This document shows, one piece after another, positions 28,458-38,273 of a stretch of DNA of 64,000 nt. The stretch spans positions 1-64,000 of the forward strand of contig CAWJMT010000035.1 in NCBI GenBank assembly GCA_963844035.1, given 5' to 3'. The notes below the pieces were generated by a model that did not search any database, had not been told where the DNA came from, and was given only the letters and a program-made list of their open reading frames with translations. How positions within the stretch are numbered: the stretch's first letter is position 1; each line of letters begins with the position of its first letter. The position numbers and the translations under genes are program-made. This DNA comes from an uncultured Gemmatimonadales bacterium. GTDB taxonomy: Bacteria > Gemmatimonadota > Gemmatimonadetes > Gemmatimonadales > GWC2-71-9.

Positions 28458-28717
28458 AGTCCGTCGTCATCGGTGAGCCGTCCGGTGAAACCAGGGACCA
28501 GGTCATGGCGGTCTATCCACGCCACGAGGCACTGGTCGATCAGTTTATCGCGCGCGGCGACCTCATCGGCATCGGTCCCTTCGAGAACAGCGGCAGCATG
28601 GGGATCTTCCGGACGCGGGAAGCCGCCGAGGCGTTCGTTCGTCAGGACCCCTTTGCGCTCGAGGGGCTCGTCAAATCCTATGCGATCCGAGGGTGGAACG
28701 ATGCGCTGCTTGCGTAG
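28454..28717 (+). CDS. YciI family protein
   Basis: YPRH, GIGPF..GSMGIF, AEAFVRQDPF. Confidence 0.85.
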   Translation: MKSVVIGEPSGETRDQVMAVYPRHEALVDQFIARGDLIGIGPFENSGSMGIFRTREAAEAFVRQDPFALEGLVKSYAIRGWNDALLA

Positions 28718-28727
28718 GGGAGGTGCG

Positions 28728-29255
28728 GTGAAGATTGCCGTTGGATGCGGCCTGTTGATCAGCGCCTTGAGCTTCTCGCCCAAGTTGCCAGCCCAGGCAT
28801 CCGGGGGCGGCGCGCTGAGCGAGGCCGCACTGTACTCGTTGTATGTGAAACGGCACGACGCGACCATCGCGCTCGCGGATCTCGCGGTGTCACACACGTC
28901 GAATGGTGACGTCCGGAAAGCCGCCGAGGCACTGGACAGCGCCCATGTTGACGCTCGGGCGAAATTGGTAAGCATCGCCACCGAACGCCACCTGACGCTT
29001 GCACTGCCTGAGCATGATACTTCGACCGTTCTCTTGGAGCTGGCGCGCAGCAGCCTGGACGGCAAGGCCGGTCGCGCGTTCGATTCGACGTGGGTACACC
29101 TGGCGTACAACCTGCTTTCGACCCTGATTCTCGACAACAATCGCGTGGTGAAGCGTCAGATCGGGCCAGACCTGCAGCCGGTTGCTCAAGAGTATACGAC
29201 ATGGCTGTTTCATCAGTCCGCCGAGCTCGATAAACTGCGGAAGAAGTTCAAGTAA
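28728..29255 (+). CDS. DUF4142-like secreted protein
   Basis: IALADLA..DVRKAA..AH, LDGKAGRAFDSTWV. Confidence 0.65.
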   Translation: MKIAVGCGLLISALSFSPKLPAQASGGGALSEAALYSLYVKRHDATIALADLAVSHTSNGDVRKAAEALDSAHVDARAKLVSIATERHLTLALPEHDTSTVLLELARSSLDGKAGRAFDSTWVHLAYNLLSTLILDNNRVVKRQIGPDLQPVAQEYTTWLFHQSAELDKLRKKFK

Positions 29256-29299
29256 ACAACTCCGATGAGACACCTTTCCCAAAAGGAGCGCGCGGGCAT

Positions 29300-29359
29300 G
29301 TGATCCTGAGCGCAGATCCTTCGCTGCGCGCGCGTTCCGCGCGCTCCGCTCAGGATGAC
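29300..29359. repeat. REP-like palindromic element
   Basis: gtgatcctgagcg ... gatccttcgctgcgc ... cgctcaggatgac with terminal inverted repeat. Confidence 0.65.
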
Positions 29360-29398
29360 CGCCGCTTCTATGAAAAGAGAAGAGACATAGAGAGGAGA

Positions 29399-29433
29399 TG
29401 AAGCTGGCGGCGCGGTTGCCGCGAAGTAGAATT
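29399..29433 (+). repeat. Internal attC fragment
   Basis: tgaagctggcggcgcggttgccgcgaagtagaatt matches the main attC family. Confidence 0.7.
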
Positions 29434-29440
29434 AGACCTC

Positions 29441-30673
29441 ATGAAACCGATCCTGCCGTTCATGCTGCTTGTCACCCTCGCCGCCGTACCGGTCCCGGTC
29501 CCGCCTCCGCCCCCGCCGAGCGGCGATGTCGTGGGCGATTGGATCGATCGAGCGGTGGCCGTGGGATATCGCGCCGGCGTTCCCCCCACCTTGAACGGAC
29601 GCTGCGTTGCGCTCGTGGCGCTGGCCATGTTCGACGTCCTCAACGCGATCGAGCCGCGCTACACCCCCTATCGCCAGCAGCCGCGGGCCACACCCGGAGC
29701 GGCCGGCGACGCGGCGGCTGCTGCGGCCGCGCATTCCATCCTGGTGCGCGCCTATCCGGCACACACGGCGGCGCTCGACTCGGCGTTCCAGTCCGCCATC
29801 GCCGCCGTTCCCGAAGGACCGCGCGCGAACGCCGTGCGCCTGGGCGAAGACGTCGCGACCCGGTTGTGGAATGAGCGAGCCGGCGACGGCGCGGAATCGC
29901 CCAACGTGTGGCGCCCGACCACCACGGCGGGCACGTACGTGCCCACGGTTTTGCCGATCGGCTCCGCGTGGGGCGCGGTGAAACCATTCGCGCTGCGAGC
30001 GGGGAACCAATTCCGTCCCGGCCCGCCCCCCGCCTTGACGAGCCAGGAGTGGGCGGCTGACTACGACGAAGTGAAGCGCCTGGGCGCCAAGAACGGCTCC
30101 ACCCGGACGCCCGAGCAGACCGAGATCGCGCGCTTCTGGGAGTACGTCGGACCCGGCACCTACCTGCCGGTCGCACGCCAGGTCGTGGAGGCGAAGCAGC
30201 TGGCCCCAGTGGAGCGGGCCCGGGTCTACGCCCTGGTCTGCATCGCCGCCGCGGACGCGCTGATCGCCGTGTTCGACGCCAAGTACACCTACAACTTCTG
30301 GCGACCGCTGACCGCGATCAGGAACGGCGACGTGGACGGCAACGAGGCGACCGGGCGCGATCCCGCCTGGGAGCCCCTCATTCCCACGCCACTCCATCCC
30401 GAATACCCGTGCGCGCACTGCATCTCACAGACGGCCGTGGCGACGGTCCTGGAGAAACTCTTCGGCGACACCGTGCCCGAGTTCGCGTTGACCAGCCCAA
30501 CGGCCCCGGGCGTCACGCGCCGGTACCGGCGGCTGTCGGACTACGCGACCGAAGTGCTCAACGCCCGGATCTACGACGGTGTGCACTATCGCACTTCCGG
30601 CAACGTCGGCGCGGCGATGGGCCGGCAGATCGGCGCGTACGTGGTTGCCAACGTGCTCACCCCCGTCCGGTGA
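29441..30673 (+). CDS. Vanadium-dependent haloperoxidase / PAP2 family protein
   Basis: AKYTYNFWRP, PLHPEYPCAH, ARIYDGVHY. Confidence 0.88.
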   Translation: MKPILPFMLLVTLAAVPVPVPPPPPPSGDVVGDWIDRAVAVGYRAGVPPTLNGRCVALVALAMFDVLNAIEPRYTPYRQQPRATPGAAGDAAAAAAAHSILVRAYPAHTAALDSAFQSAIAAVPEGPRANAVRLGEDVATRLWNERAGDGAESPNVWRPTTTAGTYVPTVLPIGSAWGAVKPFALRAGNQFRPGPPPALTSQEWAADYDEVKRLGAKNGSTRTPEQTEIARFWEYVGPGTYLPVARQVVEAKQLAPVERARVYALVCIAAADALIAVFDAKYTYNFWRPLTAIRNGDVDGNEATGRDPAWEPLIPTPLHPEYPCAHCISQTAVATVLEKLFGDTVPEFALTSPTAPGVTRRYRRLSDYATEVLNARIYDGVHYRTSGNVGAAMGRQIGAYVVANVLTPVR

Positions 30674-30767
30674 GTCCCGGCATCACCGACCCAGTCTGGC
30701 GCCGCGGCGAGCGACTCGCAACATTGGACGCGCGCCGCAGTCACAGGCAACCCCATCGGAGGTCGGC

Positions 30768-31157
30768 ATGCCATACTTGTTCCTGGCTGGTCGGATCCTA
30801 TTTGGTGGAGTCTTGCTGTTCTCAGGGCTGGAACATTTTCGCCACGCTCCGGTCTTGACGGTCCATGCAGGGTCCAAGGGCGTTCCCGCGCCCCATACCA
30901 TGGTCCTCGCGTCCGGTCTCCTCATCATCGTTGGCGGTCTGAGCATTCTCCTGGGATGCCGTCCCACATGGGGCGTCCTGTGCGTGACGCTGTTCCTCGT
31001 GCCGACGTCGTTGGTCATCCATAATTTTTGGGCCGACACGAATCTCGCCGTCAAGGAGGCGAATTTCACGGACTTCAAGAAGAACGTCGGCTTGCTCGGC
31101 GCGGCCTGGATGTCCCTGGCTATCCCACAGCCGTGGCCTTTCAGTCTCAATTGGTGA
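30768..31157 (+). CDS. DoxX family membrane protein
   Basis: LAGRILFGG, IHNFW, FKKNVGLLG. Confidence 0.85.
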   Translation: MPYLFLAGRILFGGVLLFSGLEHFRHAPVLTVHAGSKGVPAPHTMVLASGLLIIVGGLSILLGCRPTWGVLCVTLFLVPTSLVIHNFWADTNLAVKEANFTDFKKNVGLLGAAWMSLAIPQPWPFSLNW

Positions 31158-31219
31158 GTATGACGGGGTGACGTGGCACCCTAACACGCGCGAGATCCTC
31201 AGTCCCGGAGTTCAACCCG

Positions 31220-31885
31220 ATGGCCACGCAACGACGATTGATCGACGTCAGCCACACCGTCGAACATGGCATGACGACCTACAAAGGATTCCCGGCGCCG
31301 ATCATCTGCGATTGGCTGAGCCGGGAAGTATCGCGCACGAAATACGCTCCCGGCACGGAGTTTCAAATCGGCAAGATCGAGATGATCGCCAACACCGGGA
31401 CGTACGTGGACAGTCCGTTTCACCGCTATGAAAACGGCAAGGATCTCTCGGAGCTGCCGCTCGAGTCGCTCGCCAACCTCGAGTGCCTCGTGGTGCGCGT
31501 TGATCCCGCGGCCGGCCCGGCGATCGATCGGGTACCCCTCACGGCCGCCCAGGTCGGCGGTCGCGCCGTGTTGTTTCACACCGGGTGGGACCGGCATTGG
31601 CGCAGCGACGCCTACTTCGAAGGGCACCCCTATCTCACCGAGCGCGCGGCGGATTGGCTCGTGAAGGCAGGTGCGGCGCTCGTGGGGATCGACTCGCTGA
31701 ATATCGACAGCGTCGCCACCGGGGAACGTCCGGTGCACACAGTCCTGTTGGGCAGCGAGATCCCGATCGTCGAACACATGCGTGGGTTGGCTGCGCTTCC
31801 GAATGAAGGCAGCCGGTTCTTCGCCGTGCCCGTAAAGGTCAAGGCCTTCGGGACATTTCCGGTGCGAGCGTTCGCGCTGGCCTGA
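31220..31885 (+). CDS. Cyclase family protein (kynurenine formamidase-like)
   Basis: NTGTYVDSPFH, LFHTGW, LVGIDSLNID, IVEH, FPVRAFA. Confidence 0.9.
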   Translation: MATQRRLIDVSHTVEHGMTTYKGFPAPIICDWLSREVSRTKYAPGTEFQIGKIEMIANTGTYVDSPFHRYENGKDLSELPLESLANLECLVVRVDPAAGPAIDRVPLTAAQVGGRAVLFHTGWDRHWRSDAYFEGHPYLTERAADWLVKAGAALVGIDSLNIDSVATGERPVHTVLLGSEIPIVEHMRGLAALPNEGSRFFAVPVKVKAFGTFPVRAFALA

Positions 31886-31917
31886 CGGCGCCGTTCACGC
31901 GGAGAGGAGCGACAGGA

Positions 31918-32481
31918 ATGCCAAAAGCAAAAGACATGAAGGCAAGACAGCGTGACGAACTACTCGAAACGTTGCAGGCCCGTTTTGACACCAACATGAA
32001 CCGCCATGAAGGTCTTGAGTGGGCGAAGGTACAGGCAAGGCTGGAGGCGAGTCCTGACAAGCTCTGGTCGCTCAATGAAATGGAACGGAGCGGCGGTGAG
32101 CCGGACGTTGTGGGCCATGACAAGAAGACGGGCGAATACGTCTTCTATGATTGTTCGGCGCAAAGTCCCAAGGACCGCAGAAGTGTGTGCTACGACCGGA
32201 AGGCGCTCGAGGCACGGAAAGAAAACAAACCGAAGAACAGCGCTCTCGACATGGCCGCGAGCATGGGTATTGAGCTGCTAACGGAAGAGCAATATCGCGA
32301 GCTGCAGAAGCATGGAAAATTCGACACCACGACATCGAGCTGGATCGTAACGCCTGCGGATATCAGAAAACTCGGTGGCGCCCTCTTTTGCGACTACCGC
32401 TATGACACCGTCTTCGTGTATCACAACGGTGCCGACTCCTACTATGCCGCCCGGGGGTTCCGTGGCTCGCTGAGGGTCTAG
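31918..32481 (+). CDS. DUF4256 domain protein
   Basis: MERSGGEPDVV, RRSVCYD, YHNGADSYYAARGFRG. Confidence 0.85.
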   Translation: MPKAKDMKARQRDELLETLQARFDTNMNRHEGLEWAKVQARLEASPDKLWSLNEMERSGGEPDVVGHDKKTGEYVFYDCSAQSPKDRRSVCYDRKALEARKENKPKNSALDMAASMGIELLTEEQYRELQKHGKFDTTTSSWIVTPADIRKLGGALFCDYRYDTVFVYHNGADSYYAARGFRGSLRV

Positions 32482-32494
32482 CCCCATCCCCCTC

Positions 32495-33101
32495 CCTCTA
32501 CTCATCGCTTTCGCCGGCAGCTTTTTCCTGGTGGCACTGTCCCCGGGCCTGTGCATGACCCTGTCGATGTCGCTGGGCATCAGCATCGGCCCGCGCCGCG
32601 CCCTGTGGATGATGGCCGGCGAGCTCGCCGGCATCGCCCTGGTCGGGGCGTCCGCGGTAGCTCGGCGTGGCTGCCCTCCTCCTCGCAGCGCCGACGGTCT
32701 TTGCGGTCTTCAAATGGATTGGCGCGGCGTACCTGCTCTACATGGGGTGGCAGACCTGGCGCGCCGAGCCGATGCTGCCCGAGCAGGTGGCGGGCGACAA
32801 CGGGCGCACCCGCTCCTCGCTGATCGTGCAGGGATTCATCACCGCGGTGTCGAATCCCAAGGCCTGGGCGTTCAATGTCGCGCTGCTGCCGCCGTTCATC
32901 GACCAGAGTCGGCCCTTGGCGCCGCAGCTGCTCACCATGCTTGCCGTGATGGTGATCATCGAATTCACCTGCCTGCAGGTTTACGCCCACGGCGGAAGAA
33001 TGCTCAGCGACCAGTTGCACCGCCGCGGTAAGGCACGCTGGCTCAACCGCATCGCCGGCAGCCTGATGGTGGGGGTTGGATTCTGGCTGGCGCTGGGGTG
33101 A
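32495..33101 (+). CDS. LysE family translocator (frameshift near 32665; 5' end unclear)
   Basis: ALSPGLCM, KWIGAAYLLY, SNPKAW, WLNRIAG. Confidence 0.75.
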
Positions 33102-33104
33102 AGG

Positions 33105-33509
33105 CTACCCCAGGCTCGGCCGCATTCCCAGCCCGTGGATGGTCGCGCCCGGCAACCGCCGGCTCTCAGGACGCAACGCCCACGACACCGCCACCACCAC
33201 CGCGATCGCCAGCGGCGCAGCGGCGTGCCACCACGCGCCACCGGTCGCGATCGAGGTGTACGCCGCGCCGGTCAGGTCGATCATGATCCCCATGTACGCC
33301 CACTCCTTGATCAGTGGAAACCCCGGCACCAGGATCGCGATCGAGCCCAGCACCTTCCACCAGCCGAGCAGCACGATGAAGTGGACCGGGAACCCCAGCG
33401 CGACAACGCCCTGGACCACGTCCGGCACCTTCATGGCGTACGCCAGCCCGCCCGACCCGATGAAGAACGCGACCAGCACGGTGCACACCCAGTAAACAAC
33501 CCGCTTCAT
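33105..33509 (-). CDS. DoxX-like family protein
   Basis: YWVCT, LGFPVHF, KEWAY. Confidence 0.82.
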   Translation of the reverse strand: MKRVVYWVCTVLVAFFIGSGGLAYAMKVPDVVQGVVALGFPVHFIVLLGWWKVLGSIAILVPGFPLIKEWAYMGIMIDLTGAAYTSIATGGAWWHAAAPLAIAVVVAVSWALRPESRRLPGATIHGLGMRPSLG

Positions 33510-33539
33510 GTCACACCTCCACGGTTCATCACGTTCCTA

Positions 33540-34442
33540 CTACTTCGGGGTCGAATGGGTCGCGCCGTTGAGAAAGGGCAGGACCGTAGTGGCCAGGATC
33601 GGGGCGGCGCCGATCTCATAGTGCGTCAAGTCCGGCAGAATGGCGAGCCGGTTGGTGGACATGTGCTCGCGCATCCACCCGGCGTCCCTCAAACCCCCGC
33701 CGAGCAGCTGGTAGAACGAGACGATGTGCTCGGGACGCATCATGTCGGCGTCGCCGTACACCAGCATGACCGGCATGGTGAGCTGCTTCACGCTGGCCGA
33801 CCAGTCGTAGGGCTGCCGCATGTATTCGCCCATCGCGTCGAGCAGCCGCGGGAAGTCCTGAGGACGCGGCGCGATCGCTACGTAAGACTTGTACATCGGG
33901 GAGTCCTTCATCGCATCAGCCATGGCGGCACCCACCGCGGCCTGTTGCGGCAGCATTTCGGGGAAAAATCCGTTCTGCGCGTACGGCGTGGACACGAGCA
34001 CCAGCCGGCGGACCAGCGTGGGATACTGCACGGCGAGCTGGAACGCCGCGCCGCCACCGAACGAGTAGCCCATCGCGTCCACCTGCCGCAGGCCGAGCTT
34101 CTGGACCACTAGCCCCAAGTCGCGGCCGATGTCCACCAGGCTGATCTTCCGGGTGCCGAGCGCGGTGTGGCCGTGACCGTGCAGATCGACGCCGATCACA
34201 CGGCGGGTTTCGGCGAGTTTGGTGAGCACCGGGCCGAACAGCCCGGTCGAAAACAGCCCACCGTGCAGCAGCAGCAACGGCTCACCTTTCCCTCTGATCT
34301 CGAACCAATAGTCCACGCCGTTGGCGGCGACGTAGCCGCTCGTATCCGGCTTGGCGACAGGTTGCTGCGCCTGGACAGCGGCCGCCGCACCAGCCGTGAC
34401 AATGGCGGCAGCGATGAATGCGATGTGGGATCGGCGGGTCAT
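33540..34442 (-). CDS. Alpha/beta hydrolase
   Basis: LLLLHGG, DLHGHG, GYSFGG nucleophile elbow. Confidence 0.9.
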   Translation of the reverse strand: MTRRSHIAFIAAAIVTAGAAAAVQAQQPVAKPDTSGYVAANGVDYWFEIRGKGEPLLLLHGGLFSTGLFGPVLTKLAETRRVIGVDLHGHGHTALGTRKISLVDIGRDLGLVVQKLGLRQVDAMGYSFGGGAAFQLAVQYPTLVRRLVLVSTPYAQNGFFPEMLPQQAAVGAAMADAMKDSPMYKSYVAIAPRPQDFPRLLDAMGEYMRQPYDWSASVKQLTMPVMLVYGDADMMRPEHIVSFYQLLGGGLRDAGWMREHMSTNRLAILPDLTHYEIGAAPILATTVLPFLNGATHSTPK

Positions 34443-34555
34443 GATCGGCTCCTTGATCGGTTTGGGCGCGCCTGATTGCGCGCTCTACCAGCACGACGAA
34501 CGAAGGGCAGGGAAATCGACTGGCGGAGCGGTACTCGTGCGATAACATTGCAGTT

Positions 34556-35026
34556 GTGCCTCCGCATTCGCGCCCTCCGGAGCCGTACGTGCTTCCCCAG
34601 CCGGTGGTGGTGGACGGCCTGGCGGTGCGCACCAGCAACCCCGACGAAGCCCAGCCTGACCGCGCCAGGATCCCGGTATTGTGGGAGCGCTTCTACAATG
34701 AGGGCCACTCCGCCGCGGTGGAAGGTGCGGTATACGGCGTGTACTCCGAGTATGCGACCGATGCGTCGGGGCCTTACACACTGGTCGTCGGTGGTGCGAG
34801 CGACGCCGGGTCTCCGGTGCCACCCCTCACACGTGTGACGATCCCCGCCGGGCGGTATCTGGCCTTCACGAGCGCGGGCGAAGTCCCGGCGGCTGTGGTC
34901 GCCGGCTGGCAGGCCGTGTGGGAGTATTTCTCGCGTCCTGGGGCGCCGCGGCGGGCGTTCACAACGGACTTTGAGCTCTACGACCCGGCCACCCTGTATG
35001 AGGTGCGTATCTGCATCGCAGTGTAG
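34556..35026 (+). CDS. GyrI-like effector-binding domain protein
   Basis: GLAVRTSN, YGVYSEYATD, RRAFTTDFELY. Confidence 0.82.
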   Translation: MPPHSRPPEPYVLPQPVVVDGLAVRTSNPDEAQPDRARIPVLWERFYNEGHSAAVEGAVYGVYSEYATDASGPYTLVVGGASDAGSPVPPLTRVTIPAGRYLAFTSAGEVPAAVVAGWQAVWEYFSRPGAPRRAFTTDFELYDPATLYEVRICIAV

Positions 35027-35035
35027 CGTTTGCGA

Positions 35036-35851
35036 CTACGGCACGCGCGCGCTCACGACCGGCACCATCCACACCGCATAGCCTAAGGGGTCGCGGATAT
35101 TGGCGATCATCTGATTGAAGTAGGCTGTCGCCTCCTCGCGGGTGAACCGCGTCAGGGCAGCCACCGACTCCGCATAGCCGTCCCGCCACGCTTCGATGAC
35201 CGTCGCGAAGGTGTCGCGCGGCACGCGCAACGTGTCGACGACCACGTAGTCCATGGTGATGTTCGTGCAGCCGAGACTTGCCAGAATGCCAGAAGCGCTG
35301 CGCCCGACGAACAGATCGGTCCCGGTCGCCTCACCAAATTTGGCGGGGACCTCGTGCCAAAAGTCGCGAGGGTCGAGCGCGCCGCGTTGGAAGTGGAGCA
35401 TCCCATAGTCCTCAGGGATCAGGTGCAGGCGCCCCCCTGGGCGCGTCACGCGCGCCAGCTCGCCGAGCACCCGGTCGGGATGCGGGATGGAATGGATCAC
35501 GTGGCGGCACACGGTCAGGTCGAATGTGCGATCGGCGGCCTCGATCTCGAAGATGCTCTGGTGCTCGAACGTCAACCGGGGCGCCAGCCGTGCATAGCGC
35601 GATCGCGCCAGGTCCAGGTGCGGGTCCAGAATATCGACCCCAAGTACGCGGGCGCGCGGAAACAGCTCGGCCAGCCGGGACGAGACTTCTCCGGTGCCGC
35701 ATCCGGCGTCGAGGATGGAGATGTTGTCCGGCAGGGCATAGCGGCGGATCAGCTCGACCTCCTGGGGCCAGATGGCGAGCGCCTGTGCCGCGAGATTGCG
35801 CACCATCGATTCGTCGGCCATCTGCTTCGCCTGGGGATTGAGATCCGTCAC
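35036..35851 (-). CDS. Class I SAM-dependent methyltransferase
   Basis: ILDAGCGTG, FDLTVCRH, RVTRPGG. Confidence 0.9.
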   Translation of the reverse strand: MTDLNPQAKQMADESMVRNLAAQALAIWPQEVELIRRYALPDNISILDAGCGTGEVSSRLAELFPRARVLGVDILDPHLDLARSRYARLAPRLTFEHQSIFEIEAADRTFDLTVCRHVIHSIPHPDRVLGELARVTRPGGRLHLIPEDYGMLHFQRGALDPRDFWHEVPAKFGEATGTDLFVGRSASGILASLGCTNITMDYVVVDTLRVPRDTFATVIEAWRDGYAESVAALTRFTREEATAYFNQMIANIRDPLGYAVWMVPVVSARVP

Positions 35852-35989
35852 GGATGCTCCTCGCTACGGGGAGGCGGCGTATTCGGGATTGTCAGCCACC
35901 TACGTGCGAATGTACCCCGCGGTTCCTTAACGAGCGGAAGTAGCTCTTCACCCTAGCGTCTCCCGCCCCCGCGCTGAATGTTTCATCGC

Positions 35990-37363
35990 ATGACCCAGCA
36001 CAAATTCCTCCTCGACGAAACGCACCTTCCCAAGGCCTGGTACAACATCAACGCGGACATGCCCGTGGCACCGGCGCCGGTGCTGCACCCGGGCACGATG
36101 CAACCGGTCACCCCGGACTTCCTTGCGGTGTTGTTTCCGATGGGCCTCATCATGCAGGAGGTGAGCGCAGAGCGCTGGATCGAGATTCCGGAGCCGGTGC
36201 GGGAGGTGTACCGCCTGTGGCGCCCCACGCCGCTGCATCGCGCGGTGCGTCTCGAGAAGGCGCTCGATACGCCGGCCCACATCTACTACAAGTACGAAGG
36301 CGTCTCACCGGTCGGCTCGCACAAGCCCAACACCGCCGTGGCCCAGGCGTTCTACAACAAGCAGGAGGGCGTGAATGCCCTGACGACCGAGACCGGGGCG
36401 GGGCAGTGGGGGAGCGCGCTTGCGATGGCGTGCACCTTCTTCGACATCGACCTCGAAGTCTTCATGGTGAAGGTGTCGTACCACCAGAAGCCGTACCGCC
36501 GCATGATCATGGAGAACTATGGTGCGACGGTGTACGCGAGCCCCACCGACCGCACCCAGTACGGCCGCCGGCTGCTGGGCGAGGACCCCACGTCCAACGG
36601 ATCCCTGGGCATCGCCATCTCCGAGGCCGTCGAAGCCGCCGCGAGCAGCGGCGGGGCCAAGAAATACAGCCTCGGCTCGGTGCTGAATTTCGTGCTGATG
36701 CACCAGACGGTGATCGGGCTCGAGGCGCTCGAGCAGCTGGCGATGGCGGGGGAATATCCGGATATCGTGATCGGCTGTGCCGGCGGGGGATCGAACTTCG
36801 GCGGATTTGCGTATCCGTTCCTGCACAAGAATCTGACCGAGAAGAAGACGACCAAAGTCATTGCGGTGGAACCCGCATCATGCCCGTCGCTCACGAAGGG
36901 GAAGTACACCTTCGACTACGGCGACACTGCCGCCATGGCGCCGATCGTCAAGATGCATACCCTCGGCCACACCTTCATGCCCCCCGGGATCCACGCGGGC
37001 GGCCTGCGCTACCACGGGATGGCGCCGAGTGTCAGCGCCCTGGTGGCGAGCGGCCACATAGAAGCGCGCGCGGTGCAGCAGCTCACGACGTTCGACGCCG
37101 CCGTGCAGTTTTCCCGCGCGGAAGGGATCATTCCCGCCCCGGAATCCGCGCACGCGATTCGGGTCGCGATCGATGAGGCGCTGCGCTGCAAGCGGGAGGG
37201 GAAGAAGCGGGTGATCGCGTTCAACCTGTCGGGGCACGGTCACTTCGACATGACCGCTTACGAGGCCTATCACCAGGGGAAGCTCGAGGACTACGAGTAC
37301 CCGACGGCACTGGTGGCGGAGGCGATGAAGCATCTGCCGCAAGTGCCGGCGGGAATGACCTGA
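35990..37363 (+). CDS. trpB2: TrpB-like PLP-dependent enzyme (TrpB2)
   Basis: [46 protein letters not shown]. Confidence 0.93.
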   Translation: MTQHKFLLDETHLPKAWYNINADMPVAPAPVLHPGTMQPVTPDFLAVLFPMGLIMQEVSAERWIEIPEPVREVYRLWRPTPLHRAVRLEKALDTPAHIYYKYEGVSPVGSHKPNTAVAQAFYNKQEGVNALTTETGAGQWGSALAMACTFFDIDLEVFMVKVSYHQKPYRRMIMENYGATVYASPTDRTQYGRRLLGEDPTSNGSLGIAISEAVEAAASSGGAKKYSLGSVLNFVLMHQTVIGLEALEQLAMAGEYPDIVIGCAGGGSNFGGFAYPFLHKNLTEKKTTKVIAVEPASCPSLTKGKYTFDYGDTAAMAPIVKMHTLGHTFMPPGIHAGGLRYHGMAPSVSALVASGHIEARAVQQLTTFDAAVQFSRAEGIIPAPESAHAIRVAIDEALRCKREGKKRVIAFNLSGHGHFDMTAYEAYHQGKLEDYEYPTALVAEAMKHLPQVPAGMT

Positions 37364-37442
37364 CGTTCCTGCTTCAGCGGGAGCGCCGAGCCGCGGGTTT
37401 ACCCGCGGACTCAGTCCTCGTACCCTCCTTTTCGATTGTCCA

Positions 37443-38234
37443 TCACGCCGCGCGAAGCAGATCCATCAGCCAGCGATGCAGCGTCGGGTTCCCAGCCACA
37501 ATCGACCCGCCGCCTAACACGTCGGGCTTTCCGTCGAGCGTCGTGATGATCCCTCCCGCCTCGCGGACCAGTACCACGCCCCCTGCGACGTCCCACGGCG
37601 CGAGACTCAACTCCCAAAACGCATCGAGCCGTCCCGCTGCCAGATCCGCGAGATCGAGCGCGGCCGCACCAGCCCGGCGGATCCCGCTCGACGCCCCCAT
37701 GACCGCGGCGAACTGATGGAGATAGCGCTGCAGCGTGTCGAGACGTTTGAACGGAAATCCGGTGCCCACCAACGCATGGCGGGGCTCGTTGACGCTCGAG
37801 ACCGCCAGACGCTGGTCACCCATCCAGGCGCCCAGGCCTCTCCCCCCGCGGCAGCGTCACGTTGCGCGTGACGTCGTGCACCACGCCCACGCACAGGTCA
37901 CCTTCCACCAGGCAGCCGATCGACACCGCGTATTGCGGATAGCCGTGGAGGTAGTTGGTCGGTGCCGTCGAGCGGATCCACCACCCACACGACCTCGCCC
38001 GCCAGCGTGGCGCGCGGCGTGAGCTCCTCCCCCACGACCTTCGAGCCGGGGGACGCGGCGGGCCAGCACCTCGACGATGATCGCTTCCGCCGCGCGGTCG
38101 ACGCCGGTGACGAAGTCGTGCGTGCTCTTCTCCGTCCACTCGTGGCGATCGGGGCGCGGAGCCGCTCGCAAATACGCCCCGGCCCGCTCCGCGGCCTCCA
38201 CCGCCGCATCGACTAAGTCTTTGATTTCTCGCAC
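37443..38234 (-). CDS. suhB: Inositol monophosphatase (frameshifted in this assembly)
   Basis: DFVTGVDR, WVVDPLDGT, NYLHGYP, RRAGAAALDL, WDVAGG across frames. Confidence 0.85.
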
Positions 38235-38273
38235 CTTGCGGCACCCCACCCGAGTCTCGTAGGTTGTCAGCCC

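Larger units (their letters stand above)
8301..29433 (+). mobile_element. Integron gene-cassette array without visible integrase (CALIN-like), partly decayed
   Basis: Co-oriented attC sites and remnants separating short single-gene units; no tyrosine recombinase in any ORF of the window. Confidence 0.9.

Noticed and set aside
31178..31192. ccctaacacgcgc as an attC left end
   Set aside because: It is too short and lacks the canonical purine and L'' box; a possible remnant, but not supportable.
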